DNA of 64,000 bases from Anaerolineales bacterium (GCA_035288225.1 DATEAT010000052.1:1560-65559); one strand, 5' to 3'; positions 25,286 through 35,490 are shown, numbered from the stretch's first letter. The notes: generated by a model from the letters alone, not told the origin. A program made the numbers and translations.

Positions 25286-27565
25286 TCAGGGCGTCTCGGT
25301 GACCGGAAGTGTGGGGGTCACCGTCGGCCCGCCGACGGCCGATTCCCACCTGTAGAGTGTCTGCGGTGAACCGTAGAAGTAGATCTCCAGGATGCGACGG
25401 AAGATGGGCGCGGCATACTCCGACCCCTCACCGGCGTTCTCGACAATGACGGCAATGGCGATGTCGGGCTTGTCGGTGCGTTGCAGGAAGGTGTAACCCG
25501 TGAACCAGGCATGTGGCAGGCGCGGCAGGTCTTGCGCCGTTCCGGTCTTGCCCGCCACGGCCGGCCAACCATAAAAGGTGGGCCGCGCCGTTCCGCCTGG
25601 GGCATTAGTCACACCGCGCATGCCCTCCTGAATGACAGCCAGGTTTTCGGCACTGAGCGGAAGCGTGCCGCGAACCTCGGGCGCCAAAGCAAAGACGGGC
25701 TCGTCCTCAGCGTGTTGGATCGACTGCACCAGCTGCGGCCGGTAGAGCGTGCCGCCATTGCCCAGCGCGGCCGCGAAATCCGCCACTTGCAGCGGCGTAA
25801 CTTGCAGCACTTGCCCGATGGCCATGTTCACCGCATCGCCCGCGAGCCACGGCTCACCTTGTTCGGCTTTCCAGGCCGGGTCCGGGATGAACCCCGGTTC
25901 TTCCTCGATGACCCCGATGCCGGTGAGTTTGCCCAGCCCGTACCCGCGCGCCATGTTGGGGATGATCCACGGATCGCGGTTGAAGAGATCCAGCCCGATG
26001 TGCCAGAAGAAAGGATTGCACGATCGAATCAATCCCTGCACCAGGTTGAGCGTTCCGTGCGGCGGCTTCTCCTTCTCCACCGTCCAATCGGTAAGCGTGA
26101 GGCCCGGCAGTTCGCGGAAGTAGCCATCGCACGTGTAGGTGGAAGCCGCGGTATAGGCTCCCGACTGAAGTGCACCACCAATGGTGATGAGCTTGAAGAC
26201 CGAACCCAGCGCATACTGTCCCTGGGCGGCCCGGTTGAGTAGCGGCACGCGCTGGTCGTTGAGAATCTCCGGCAGGAGATACTGGCTGTTGAAGTTTCCC
26301 AGGATGAACAGATTCGAATCGAAGCCCGGGCTGGAGACCATGGCCAGCACTTCGCCCGTATCCCGGCTGAGCACCACTGCGGCGCCGGTGAGATGGCCGA
26401 AGGCGTAGCGTTCGACACGCGCTTGCAGCGATCGGTCGAGGGTGGTGTTGATGTCGTAGGCCGGCTGGCTTTGCCGTTGGGCCAGGGTCGAGAGCACGCG
26501 CCCATCCGCCGCCACCACGTACAATGTGCCCCCGTGCGTCCCGGCCAGGGAGGCCTCACCCCACTGCTCGAGGCCCTGCACGCCCACCAGTTCGTCGCCC
26601 AGGTATCCCTTCGCCAGGTAATCGTCGAGCTGCTCTTTGGGCACCTGCGCCACGTAGCCGATCACGTGCGAGGCGATGCCGCCGCCGTAATAGGTGCGGC
26701 CCTCGTTGCTCGAGATGCGGATGCCGCCCATGCCGCTCAACACGCCGTAGCGCTTGCCCACTTCTTCGCGTGAGACCTCCCCCAAGGGAACATACCAGTC
26801 CGGCAGGGCGTTGGCGTATTTGAGGCGAATGGTCTCGGTATTCATGAGGAGCAGCCGGCTGAGTTCACGCAGCAGGCTTTCTTCATCAACGATTTCGCCC
26901 GGGACGATGCCCAGCGACAGGGTTTCGGATTCGTAGGCCAGCGGGTCGCCATAGCGATCGTAGATCGTGCCGCGTGCAGGGATGTCTGCTTCGAGGACCA
27001 GCCGCCCGCCGCCTTTGAGTTCCGGCAGGATCAACCCGTCATCCCAGACGATGCGCCAGGCATCGCCTTCCATCACCAGCGGCAAGGTCATCTCGCGCGA
27101 GAATTCGCCCGCCATGCCGGAGGTGTAGCTGATGCGCGTGCTGACCTCGGCGTTGGGCGAGTTGACCTGCGTGGCAAGGATTTCGGCGCGCACCTGCGTG
27201 ATCGCTGCTTTGCGGCGGAAATCTTCGTAGCGCGCAGTGAAGTCCTCGGCGCTGATCGCGCTCCGGCTTCCGGCCGAAACCAGGGCATACATGGCATCGA
27301 AGGCGCGCTCGTTCCACGCGGCCAGGAACTGCCCGGCCACCTCGTTGGGATCCTGGCCGGCGATAATCGTCACCTGCGGCGCAGGCAAGCTGGGCGTGGC
27401 CGAGCTGAAGATCGGCACACCGCCGTTGCACGCGGCCAGCGCGCCGGCGGCCGTCAGAAGCGCTACACCGAGCGCCAACGGCTGCAGGCGATGCCGCACG
27501 CGTCGATTGATCGTTAGCGTGGCGATGATGGGCCTCACAGGCGCGGATTGTACCAGCCTGCGCAC
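25286..27565 (-). CDS. class B penicillin-binding protein (transpeptidase) with NTF2-like (MecA_N-type) N-terminal domain; lipoprotein signal
   Basis: SxxK (GSVFKL), SxN (RSCN) and KTG (GKTGTA) motifs are present. The N-terminal FLAAWNERAFDAMYALV...WRIVWDDGLILPEL is NTF2-like. The lipobox is LAAC. Confidence 0.85.
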   Translation of the reverse strand: MRRLVQSAPVRPIIATLTINRRVRHRLQPLALGVALLTAAGALAACNGGVPIFSSATPSLPAPQVTIIAGQDPNEVAGQFLAAWNERAFDAMYALVSAGSRSAISAEDFTARYEDFRRKAAITQVRAEILATQVNSPNAEVSTRISYTSGMAGEFSREMTLPLVMEGDAWRIVWDDGLILPELKGGGRLVLEADIPARGTIYDRYGDPLAYESETLSLGIVPGEIVDEESLLRELSRLLLMNTETIRLKYANALPDWYVPLGEVSREEVGKRYGVLSGMGGIRISSNEGRTYYGGGIASHVIGYVAQVPKEQLDDYLAKGYLGDELVGVQGLEQWGEASLAGTHGGTLYVVAADGRVLSTLAQRQSQPAYDINTTLDRSLQARVERYAFGHLTGAAVVLSRDTGEVLAMVSSPGFDSNLFILGNFNSQYLLPEILNDQRVPLLNRAAQGQYALGSVFKLITIGGALQSGAYTAASTYTCDGYFRELPGLTLTDWTVEKEKPPHGTLNLVQGLIRSCNPFFWHIGLDLFNRDPWIIPNMARGYGLGKLTGIGVIEEEPGFIPDPAWKAEQGEPWLAGDAVNMAIGQVLQVTPLQVADFAAALGNGGTLYRPQLVQSIQHAEDEPVFALAPEVRGTLPLSAENLAVIQEGMRGVTNAPGGTARPTFYGWPAVAGKTGTAQDLPRLPHAWFTGYTFLQRTDKPDIAIAVIVENAGEGSEYAAPIFRRILEIYFYGSPQTLYRWESAVGGPTVTPTLPVTETP

Positions 27566-27616
27566 CCGGACAACAAACCGGCCGCGCTGAGGAGCGCGGC
27601 CGGTTGACCTCTCGCG

Positions 27617-28393
27617 TTACTTGCCGATGACCATACCCGCCGGGTCAATCTCATGCAGCAGTCGGCGCTCCTCCTCAGTCGGCGGGGCGTTAACCTCCAG
27701 CGTATCGGCCACCTGGATCTTGAAACCACTCGCGGCCTGCACCTCGGCCACCGATACGCCCGGATGCGTCGCGCGCAGCCGCAGTTGCTTGGTGCTCTCA
27801 TCGAAATCGAAAACCGCGAGCTGAGTGAGTACCCGGTACGGTCCCGTCCCGGCCGGTAGCCCGGCCCGTTCGCGCGCCCCCGGGCCGTCGATGTACCCAG
27901 GCGTGGTGATGAAGTTGACCCGCTCGACAAAGCGGCGCGTATCCTGGCGAATGATGATCATGGTCCGCTGGGCCAGCGAGCCCACGTCATTGGCGCCCCC
28001 GGAGCCGGGCAAACGCACCTCGGGCGCCTCCCACGGGCCGATGACCGTGGTGTTGAGGTTGCCGTAGCGGTCCATCATCGCCCCGCCCAGGAAACCGAAA
28101 TCCACGTAGCCCGCCTGGCAGGCGCTCATCACGTTGTGCATGCTGGAGGCGGCCGAGGCATGATAGAAGGTCCGCGAATCGCCGACCGAGACCGGCAGGG
28201 TGGGCACACGCGGCCCCACCCCGCCCGCCTCGAAAATGATCACCAGCCCCGGCGCATGCATGCGCTGGGCGAGGATGGCCCCGATCATCGGCAACCCGGT
28301 GCCCACCAGCACCGTGCGCCGGTCCTCCAGCATACGCGCGGCCACGCAGGCCATCAGTTCCATCGCGGTGTATGCAGGTTGGGATGCGGTCAT
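27617..28393 (-). CDS. CoA-transferase subunit B (glutaconate/3-oxoacid CoA-transferase family)
   Basis: MTASQPAYTAMELMACVAARML...EAGGVG...LPGSGGANDV identifies the family. The start at 28393 lies inside the longer track ORF. Confidence 0.75.
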   Translation of the reverse strand: MTASQPAYTAMELMACVAARMLEDRRTVLVGTGLPMIGAILAQRMHAPGLVIIFEAGGVGPRVPTLPVSVGDSRTFYHASAASSMHNVMSACQAGYVDFGFLGGAMMDRYGNLNTTVIGPWEAPEVRLPGSGGANDVGSLAQRTMIIIRQDTRRFVERVNFITTPGYIDGPGARERAGLPAGTGPYRVLTQLAVFDFDESTKQLRLRATHPGVSVAEVQAASGFKIQVADTLEVNAPPTEEERRLLHEIDPAGMVIGK

Positions 28394-28400
28394 GACGGCC

Positions 28401-29417
28401 TCACTTCTTTTGCAGCCAGGGGGCGCGCAGCGGCTGCCGCAGATGCTCGACATCCTCGAGGTAGGCTCGCTTGGTTGCACCGCCGATGTGCTCGAGGTAG
28501 GCAGCGAAGTCGGACATGTTGTAAACGTATCGATCAAGATAGTCGCGCGTGCCTTCCGGCGTCTTCGACACGTCGAGCCACTCGCCGATGTGTTCCTCGT
28601 CGAAGTAGTACAGGTAAGGCATGGTGGTCGGATGCGCTCCGAAGGGCACCTCGCACACGGCATCCACCACATAGAAGGGAATGGCGGTGAGCCACGGCCG
28701 TTCCTGGATGACCTCATGCGCGACGATCTCTTCGGCGGTGATGATGACCCGCCGTGCCGCGCGCGCCAGCTCCCAATCCATGATCAGTATGCCGTCGATC
28801 TGCGCGTTGCCGTACATGTCGCAGCGCGGCACATGGAACACGGCCACGTCCGGGTAGGCGGCCGGGATCAGGCAGACCGGTTTGCCGCTCCACGGGTCGC
28901 GCGCCACTTTGCAGGCACTGTGGGTGAACGTATCGGAGCCGAGCATGTTGCGGGAAGGGATGAATGGGACGCCCAGCATGCCGGCCAAGAAGCGCCACTG
29001 ATACCCGGCATTGGAGATCTCACCGACCACGCGGCACGCGCCGCTCTCCACCGCGCGGCGACTTGCAGGCGAGAGGCCGCGCAGCTCCTGGGCGAAAGCG
29101 TAGGCGACCTCGATGCGATCGACACAGCCCGAACCGATGAGCAGGTCTGCATCGTGCACCGCCGTTTTCCCCGCGAGCACGAGGTGCTGGCGGCGCTGGC
29201 GGATGATCTCATACACCACCGCCATGGCAACGCGGATGTGGCCGAAGCCGCCCATCGCCAGGTAATCGCCATCGTGAACGAATTCGCGCACCGCCTGCGG
29301 CACGCTCATGCGCTTGTCACGCAGCTCGCGCGACTTGTTCTCGAGCACCCAGCGCCGGTTCTCGTCCGGGTCGTGCCAGCCGATGAGTTCGCCCCTCCCT
29401 TGCTCAAGCATCTCCAT
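28401..29417 (-). CDS. CoA-transferase subunit A
   Basis: MEMLEQGRGELIG...DGDYLAMGGFG... identifies the family. It ends 8 nt upstream of the subunit B start. Confidence 0.75.
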   Translation of the reverse strand: MEMLEQGRGELIGWHDPDENRRWVLENKSRELRDKRMSVPQAVREFVHDGDYLAMGGFGHIRVAMAVVYEIIRQRRQHLVLAGKTAVHDADLLIGSGCVDRIEVAYAFAQELRGLSPASRRAVESGACRVVGEISNAGYQWRFLAGMLGVPFIPSRNMLGSDTFTHSACKVARDPWSGKPVCLIPAAYPDVAVFHVPRCDMYGNAQIDGILIMDWELARAARRVIITAEEIVAHEVIQERPWLTAIPFYVVDAVCEVPFGAHPTTMPYLYYFDEEHIGEWLDVSKTPEGTRDYLDRYVYNMSDFAAYLEHIGGATKRAYLEDVEHLRQPLRAPWLQKK

Positions 29418-29651
29418 GGTTTGCCTCTCCCATCGCGGGCCGAACTCCTCGGGGCGCGTGCTGCGCCTCGGCTCCCGCGTAAGCACACCGGCCGCGCCCC
29501 CTTCGTGCGGGCCGCGGCCGGTTAGTCGGTTTGAGGATGAACACCCCCGCGGCAGGCGTGCCACAACCTACCATAGGCGTTGGTGCGCGCATGATGTAGG
29601 GCGAGTCGCGGACTGTCCGTCACTTCTCCCCGCCTGCGTCGTGCCGAGCTC

Positions 29652-32177
29652 TTATCGGCCGGAGAGCGCCTGGAAGTAAACCTGCAGCACGGTCTCGGCC
29701 GGCTTGCCGTGCACCGAAGGCGAGGCGTCGCGCAACCCCACAGCCGGATAGTAGCCCCAGGCGACGAACCCGCTCACCCAATCCCGTGCGGCCGCGTTGG
29801 CCAGCAGCGCCTGATAGGCGTTGGCTTGGACGTTCAGGTTGGGGGCGATGGCAAGCGCCAGTGGCGAGCCGGAGGTCAGCGCCTCCAGCGCCAGACACGC
29901 GCCGCTGGTGTCGTTCGGGCAGCCGCTGGCGCCGCCGTTGGCCGAGGCCCAGGCTGCGGAAATGACAATCGGCTTGCCCAGCGCGCGCAACACGGCCACC
30001 TTGCCATCCAAGAGTGCCCCGGCGGAGGCGGACATCTCCTCCAGGCTGGCCCCATCATTCGCGCCCAGCGGCGACCGCACTTGAACGTAGATCTCATCCA
30101 CCTCGTCCAGGAAGAGCGGCGGCATTTGCAGTTGGTCGGTGAGCAAGAGCTCCACGGCCATCCGCCCGCCGAAGTGATTGCGTAAATCGCGAATCAGCAC
30201 CCGCCAGCGGATCTCGGCGTCCGCCGGTGCCCCGGCGGCGCCCGGCATAGCCGGGACCACCGATGTGCGCGCCACTACCAGTTCTTCCACGCCGGCTTGC
30301 TGCGCGAGATCGGCATAGCCCACCAGGAAAGTGCGGTAGGCGGTGAACCACGCATTCCACCATTCGGTGCTCTTCGGCGCTGCGGCCCACCAATCGCCGA
30401 GCGAACCACTCAGCGGGAGCAGGTCCGGCGCCAGCACGGTGCGCAAGCCGGCCGAGCGCGCCGAGCCGAGCTGCGCCAAGAGGTCCTGCCGCAGCGGCGA
30501 GTTCAATCCAGGCAGATAGACAAGGTCCGGCAGCGGAGTGACCGCGGCCGCATACCACGCAGGGCTGAGCACGAGCGAGTTGAGGCGCAGGCCCACCAGG
30601 TCCACCAAGGTCGGGTCGAACGGGCGGCGCCATGGCGCAGAGGTCAATACCACACCGCTGCGGAAGTCCGGCCGCGCAGCCGGTGACGCGAGGACCAGTG
30701 CCGGCGCGGGGGCATCGCTCCAGGCAACCCAGGCTTGCACCGTGTCGGCCAGCGATTGGGCTTGAGCCGAGGGTGTGAACTGCCGCCCCGCCGGGTTGGC
30801 GCCGGCCGTGGCCGTGTCGTCGGCCACGCCGCAGTCGCCGTTGCGGCAGTAGCGGTACGCCACCGGCCCCGGCCATTCGAGGGGGCTGAACAGCGTGTAA
30901 CTCCAGCGCTGTGGCCCGGCGCTCCACATCGGCACCGGATTCATCCAGATGCCCGGGAAGGGCGCGAATTGTATCGAGACGCTCTCTGTCGTCGGCGTGC
31001 CGGTTGGCACGCTGGCGTCGAAGCTCACCGCACCGCCTGCCGAATGCCAGGTGATCACGCCGTCGGTTTGCAGCACGTCCATCTGCGGCACGTCCAGCTC
31101 GCGCACCACCAGTGCGCTCGTGCCGTCTCGCTCCGCATTCCAGAAACCGTCGCCCAGGCTGAACTTGTAACGCAGGTGGTACCCCACCGGGAGTGAGACC
31201 ACCGCCACCGAGGTTCCGTCCGGCAACGGGGTGAGTGTGAGGGCGCGTGTGGGTTCGATGAGCGAACCTGCGGCCGCGGGCTGGAAGGTGCTGCCCAGCG
31301 AAAGCAGGTTGCCGACCAACCGCACCGGCGCGCCGGCCGGCGTATCGGCCGGCAGGTAGACGTGCAGGGTCACCGACACCCGCGGTGCCGGCACAAGCTG
31401 GACATCGGCCGGAGTCTCCGCGCCGTCGGCCACGATGGCTTCTTGTTGGAACACGCGATAGTTGCCGTCCGGGTCGAAGTAGACCAGCATATGCTTGCCG
31501 GCCGGCACCGAATCGAACTTGTAGGCGCCCGCCGAATCGGTCCAGGTGCGCATGCCCGCCACCGAGACCATCAGGCCGGGAATGGCCAGGCCGGTGGCCT
31601 GGTCGCGCACCAGGCCGTGCACCCGGCCGGAGGGACGCGTGTAGGTTGTGGTCAGCCACCGCGAAATCTGGTCATCGACGGTATTCGCACCGGTCACGAG
31701 GAACAGGCGGTAATCGACGCCTTCGCCGTTGGGCAAAGCCTCCAGCGTTTCGCCCTCACCGCGCAGCGAGTAGCGGTAGAAGACAAGCCGCCCGCGAGGC
31801 AGATCTGCGCGTGCCTCCCACTTACCCTCGCCGATCGCCTCCATCGCGATCACCGTCGAGTTGAGCGCCAAGCTGGTGACTTCATCCAGCAGGTTGAGCA
31901 CAACCTGAGACTCCGAGTCCGTGCCCTCGGGCACCGTGACAATGAAGGTCACTGGCAAGCGGGCGGCGGGGGTGGTGGTGGGAAAGGGATAGCGCGTGGG
32001 TGCCGGACCGCCACCGATCCCGGGAACGCCGCCGCATCCCACCAGCAGCGTTGCAGCAACCGCACCCAGCCCGGCGCGCGTCAGCCATCGCCGGGCCTTC
32101 AGTTGCCAGTGTGTTATTCCAGATCGTTTCATCATCATCCATCCATCGGCGCGGCGCACAGCGCGCGCCTTATTCAA
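29652..32177 (-). CDS. large secreted lipoprotein with beta-sandwich (carbohydrate-binding-like / CarboxypepD_reg-like) modules and a C-terminal TIM-barrel-like domain of unknown specificity
   Basis: It has a signal peptide and lipobox (LLVGCGG). The segment GLVRDQATGLAIPGLMVSV...TDSAGAYKFDSVPAGKH resembles the carboxypeptidase-regulatory fold. Repeated RY(K/S)F...GD segments are present. The functional call is inference only. Confidence 0.6.
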   Translation of the reverse strand: MNKARAVRRADGWMMMKRSGITHWQLKARRWLTRAGLGAVAATLLVGCGGVPGIGGGPAPTRYPFPTTTPAARLPVTFIVTVPEGTDSESQVVLNLLDEVTSLALNSTVIAMEAIGEGKWEARADLPRGRLVFYRYSLRGEGETLEALPNGEGVDYRLFLVTGANTVDDQISRWLTTTYTRPSGRVHGLVRDQATGLAIPGLMVSVAGMRTWTDSAGAYKFDSVPAGKHMLVYFDPDGNYRVFQQEAIVADGAETPADVQLVPAPRVSVTLHVYLPADTPAGAPVRLVGNLLSLGSTFQPAAAGSLIEPTRALTLTPLPDGTSVAVVSLPVGYHLRYKFSLGDGFWNAERDGTSALVVRELDVPQMDVLQTDGVITWHSAGGAVSFDASVPTGTPTTESVSIQFAPFPGIWMNPVPMWSAGPQRWSYTLFSPLEWPGPVAYRYCRNGDCGVADDTATAGANPAGRQFTPSAQAQSLADTVQAWVAWSDAPAPALVLASPAARPDFRSGVVLTSAPWRRPFDPTLVDLVGLRLNSLVLSPAWYAAAVTPLPDLVYLPGLNSPLRQDLLAQLGSARSAGLRTVLAPDLLPLSGSLGDWWAAAPKSTEWWNAWFTAYRTFLVGYADLAQQAGVEELVVARTSVVPAMPGAAGAPADAEIRWRVLIRDLRNHFGGRMAVELLLTDQLQMPPLFLDEVDEIYVQVRSPLGANDGASLEEMSASAGALLDGKVAVLRALGKPIVISAAWASANGGASGCPNDTSGACLALEALTSGSPLALAIAPNLNVQANAYQALLANAAARDWVSGFVAWGYYPAVGLRDASPSVHGKPAETVLQVYFQALSGR

Positions 32178-32267
32178 CGATTGGCTTGTGCGCTTCGAGC
32201 AGTCTGCACCCGACGCACGCGACGCAGGCGGGCTTGCAGGGCGGCGCCCAACGGCGGGCGCCCCGGG

Positions 32268-32495
32268 CTAACGGCTGTCGGCCGCCGCCCGGTCCTCGGC
32301 CTTGTCTTCTGCGGGGGGCTCGAGCATGGGCGCCGGAGGCGGCAGCGACTTGAGAAACTTCATCGTCACCGTTCCGCACTTTGCGCATTTGCCCCGCGCT
32401 GCCGGCCGCCCGTTGCGGGTGTTGAGGTATTCCACCTCCACCATCGGGCGTTGGGCCTTGCAGCGCACGCAATACGCTTGGATTTCCTGGGCCAT
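32268..32495 (-). CDS. DUF5679-like small zinc-ribbon protein
   Basis: MAQEIQAYCVRCKAQRPMVEVEYLNTRNGRPAARGKCAKCGTVTMKFL shows the CxxC...CxxC pattern and length typical of DUF5679. The start at 32495 lies inside the longer track ORF. Confidence 0.65.
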   Translation of the reverse strand: MAQEIQAYCVRCKAQRPMVEVEYLNTRNGRPAARGKCAKCGTVTMKFLKSLPPPAPMLEPPAEDKAEDRAAADSR

Positions 32496-32806
32496 AGGCT
32501 GCTGGCTGGCACTCCCGACGGGATAATAGCACAAATGCCCGGTCGCGCTTGGCTGCATGCGGCACCTCCAGACATCGGCGCGCTTCGGCTGAGGGCTGCA
32601 ACCGGCGTGCCAGCGCATGCTTCAATCCATATTGACGAGGGACGGTAAAGACTGCAACCTCGTTCGGCAAGTCGTACGTTGGCGCAACTATCTATGCGGT
32701 GGTCTTGGGACTTGTCTGGCGCTGGTTCTCCTCCGCGTGGCGGCCCGGCTTGCCTCGCTCGCTCCGCGTCGGGCAAAGACCGTCAAGTCCGCGGCGGGAC
32801 AAGATC

Positions 32807-32834
32807 GTCATCCCCGCGAAAGCGGAGACCCAGG
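32807..32834 (+). repeat. repeat module D, copy (GTCATCCCCGCGAAAGCGGAGACCCAGG)
   Basis: This hairpin module recurs at 32943 (inverted), 33036 and 23655. Confidence 0.75.
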
Positions 32835-32942
32835 ACGAATACGCATGCTACAGGAATGAGACGCGCGAAGAGGTGATACACAAGCGCTTGGCCAATCGCC
32901 GGTCCGGCGCAGCATCCGAGGCTCGGGGTCGGTGATGCGCCC

Positions 32943-32967
32943 GGATTCCCGCTTTCGTGGGAATGAC
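32943..32967 (-). repeat. repeat module D, inverted copy
   Basis: ggattcccgctttcgtgggaatgac is the reverse complement of GTCATTCCCACGAAAGCGGGAATCC. Confidence 0.75.
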
Positions 32968-33035
32968 ATTCGGGGTGTCGACCGAGCGTCATGACCGGCA
33001 CGGAGCGTGGTGCTGGCCGGCCGTTATTTCGGCTC

Positions 33036-33068
33036 GTCATCCCCGCGTGCTCGAAGCGGGGATCCAGG
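33036..33068 (+). repeat. repeat module D, copy (GTCATCCCCGCGtgctcgaaGCGGGGATCCAGG)
   Basis: It has the same termini as the copy at 32807, with a longer loop. Confidence 0.75.
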
Positions 33069-33398
33069 AGGGCAATCGAAGACAAGGCATGAGCCAACCT
33101 CATAGTGCCATTCCCCGACCCCATCAAGAACGCACGGCGTGTGTGTTCCTTTAGCCTGACCCAAACCGCAATCTCGCGCCAGACTTCGCGGCCTGCCCCT
33201 CTTTGCGCCCGCCTCGATCGTAGCGGCCCTGCCCAGCCTTCTCCCTTAGACATTGCATTGGTGCCTTGAAGGCCGCCCAGTTTCGGGGTATCCTCGGGCC
33301 TGCGGTGAGCCGATACGGTCGCGCGGGGTTGTCTCGCGCGATCTCGCATAACGAGGCGGGTCGGCCACAAATCAACTCAGTACTGGAGGAGACGAGAA

Positions 33399-34040
33399 AT
33401 GTCGAGGTTCGCTGTTATTCTTGTGCTTGCCACTGCACTCACGCTGGGATGCAGCCTGACCAGCGGTGCCGCCTCAAGTGGCGGCGATACCAGCATCTTG
33501 TTCCAGGATGATTTCTCCGACACGGGCAGCGGGTGGGATAGCACCACCACCGACAGCGCGTTGACCGACTACGCCAGCGGCGCGTACCGCATCTGGGTCA
33601 ACGACACCAACAGCGATTATTGGGCAAACCCCGGCCTGAGCTTCACCGACGTGCGGATCGAGGTTGAAGCGACCAAAGTCGGCGGGCCGGACGACAACGA
33701 CTTAGGGGTCATCTGCCGCTACCAGGACACCGAGAACTTCTACTTCGCCCTGGTCTCGAGCGATGGCTTTGCCGGCATCGGCAAGACCAAGGCCGGGCAG
33801 CAGACGCTACTGACGGGCGACAACCTCTCGCCGACGGATGCTATCAACAAGGGCAACAGCAAGAACACCATTCGCCTCGACTGCCTGGGCAGTTCGCTCT
33901 CACTGCTGGTCAACGGCACCCAGGTTATCACGGCGACCGACTCCGACTTTGCCAAAGGCGACGTGGGTCTGATGGCGGGGACGTACGATACTCCGGGCAC
34001 CGACATCCAATTCGACAATTTCGTCGTGCGCGCGCCGTAA
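33399..34040 (+). CDS. secreted lipoprotein, function unknown (possible concanavalin/LamG-like fold)
   Basis: It has a signal peptide and lipobox (ALTLGCS). GGAGGAGACGAGAA lies upstream of the ATG. The antisense track ORFs here are shadows. Confidence 0.65.
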   Translation: MSRFAVILVLATALTLGCSLTSGAASSGGDTSILFQDDFSDTGSGWDSTTTDSALTDYASGAYRIWVNDTNSDYWANPGLSFTDVRIEVEATKVGGPDDNDLGVICRYQDTENFYFALVSSDGFAGIGKTKAGQQTLLTGDNLSPTDAINKGNSKNTIRLDCLGSSLSLLVNGTQVITATDSDFAKGDVGLMAGTYDTPGTDIQFDNFVVRAP

Positions 34041-34097
34041 GCCGGCCCGTGCCCTCAGTGCCTTGCAGCGGCGATCGCCGCTCGGCCGTACATCTCA

Positions 34098-34130
34098 CAG
34101 CGCCCGCCTCTGGCGGGCGCTGTCCGTTGC
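34098..34130 (+). terminator. possible terminator after the lipoprotein gene
   Basis: An 11-bp stem CAGCGCCCGCC-tct-GGCGGGCGCTG is followed by TCCGTTGCG, a poor U-tract. Confidence 0.4.
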
Positions 34131-34185
34131 GCGGCGGATATAATCCGGCGTGGCCGCGGATTCTCGCGCGAGGCCCAGGTGAGCG

Positions 34186-35490
34186 ATGCGCGTCTTCTTC
34201 GATACGGTCGGCTGCCGGCTCAACCAAAGCGAGATGGATTCTCTTGCCGCCGAGTTCCACGCTGCGGGCGACGAGATCCTCGCGCGCCCGGCCCAGGCCG
34301 AAGTGGTTGTGCTCAATACCTGCGCCGTGACGCGGGAGGCTGAGCGCGATTCGCGCAGCGCCGCCCGCCGCCTGCATGCTCTGGCGCCTCAGGCACGCCT
34401 CGTGCTCACCGGCTGTTGGGCCACACTCGCGGCGGGCGAAGCGCACGCGTTGCCGGGCGTCAGCCGGGTGGTCGCGAATGCGGGCAAAGCGGCACTGCGC
34501 GAGAGCCTCACCGGGGCGCAAAGAGATGCCCTTATTGGCCGCGCGGCGCCCCCCGCTCCGCGCCGGCGCACGCGCGCCTTCCTTAAAGTGCAGGACGGCT
34601 GCGACAACTGCTGCACCTTCTGCGTCACGCGTCTGGCGCGCGGCGCCAGCCGCAGCCGGCCCCTGCTCGATGTCCTGGCGGACGCGCGCGAGCTGCATGC
34701 CCGCGGCGCCCAAGAGATCGTGCTCACCGGTGTCCAGCTCGGCGCGTACGGCCGGGAATGGGGGCGCGGACCGGCGCTGGAGGGCCTGTTGCGCGCGTTA
34801 CTCGAGCATACGGAGGTGCCCCGCCTGCGCCTGTCATCGCTCGAGCCATGGGACCTGGCCGCCTCTTTCTTTGAACTGTGGGCCAATCCGCGGCTATGCC
34901 CGCATCTTCATCTTCCGCTGCAATCCGGCGCCTCGGGCACGCTGCGCCGCATGGGCCGGCGCATCACGCCCGAGGGGTACGCCCGAATGGTCGAGGGTGC
35001 GCGGCGGGCCATCCCCGATGTAGCCATCACGACCGACGTGATCGTCGGCTTCCCGGGTGAGAGCCGCCTCGAGTTTGAAGAGAGCCTGCGCCTGGTTGAG
35101 GAAATGCGATTCGCCGACGTGCATGCCTTTCGGTTTTCGCCGCGCGCGGGCACCGCCGCAGCCCGCTTCGGCGATCGCCCGGTACCCAACCAGGTGCGCG
35201 CGCGCATGGCCATGCTGCGCGAGGTCACTCAGGCCTCGTCCGAGGCCTTTCGCAGCGCGCTGCTCGGGCGGACCCTGCCCGTGTTGTGGGAACGTGAGCC
35301 CCACTCCACCCCCAACGGCCTGCAATGGCACGGGCTGACCCACAATTTCCAGCGCGTGCAATGCGCGGCGCGAGCCGGCCTGGCTAACCGCATCCTCCCG
35401 ACCCGCCTCGCCGCGCTGGAGAACGGCGTCTTTCTCAGCCTCCCCGCCACAGACTCGAGCGAGCCAACCGTTTGTCAGGACGGACCATGA
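34186..35490 (+). CDS. mtaB: radical-SAM methylthiotransferase, MtaB-like (tRNA ms2t6A)
   Basis: The N-terminal UPF0004 domain shows GCRLNQSE and NTCAVT. The radical SAM motif is GCDNCCTFC. A TRAM-like C-terminus is present. Confidence 0.75.
   Translation: MRVFFDTVGCRLNQSEMDSLAAEFHAAGDEILARPAQAEVVVLNTCAVTREAERDSRSAARRLHALAPQARLVLTGCWATLAAGEAHALPGVSRVVANAGKAALRESLTGAQRDALIGRAAPPAPRRRTRAFLKVQDGCDNCCTFCVTRLARGASRSRPLLDVLADARELHARGAQEIVLTGVQLGAYGREWGRGPALEGLLRALLEHTEVPRLRLSSLEPWDLAASFFELWANPRLCPHLHLPLQSGASGTLRRMGRRITPEGYARMVEGARRAIPDVAITTDVIVGFPGESRLEFEESLRLVEEMRFADVHAFRFSPRAGTAAARFGDRPVPNQVRARMAMLREVTQASSEAFRSALLGRTLPVLWEREPHSTPNGLQWHGLTHNFQRVQCAARAGLANRILPTRLAALENGVFLSLPATDSSEPTVCQDGP

Noticed and set aside
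34068-34081. HIP1-like palindrome GCGGCGATCGCCGC
   Set aside because: Only a single occurrence was noticed in the window. There is no evidence for a highly iterated family here.
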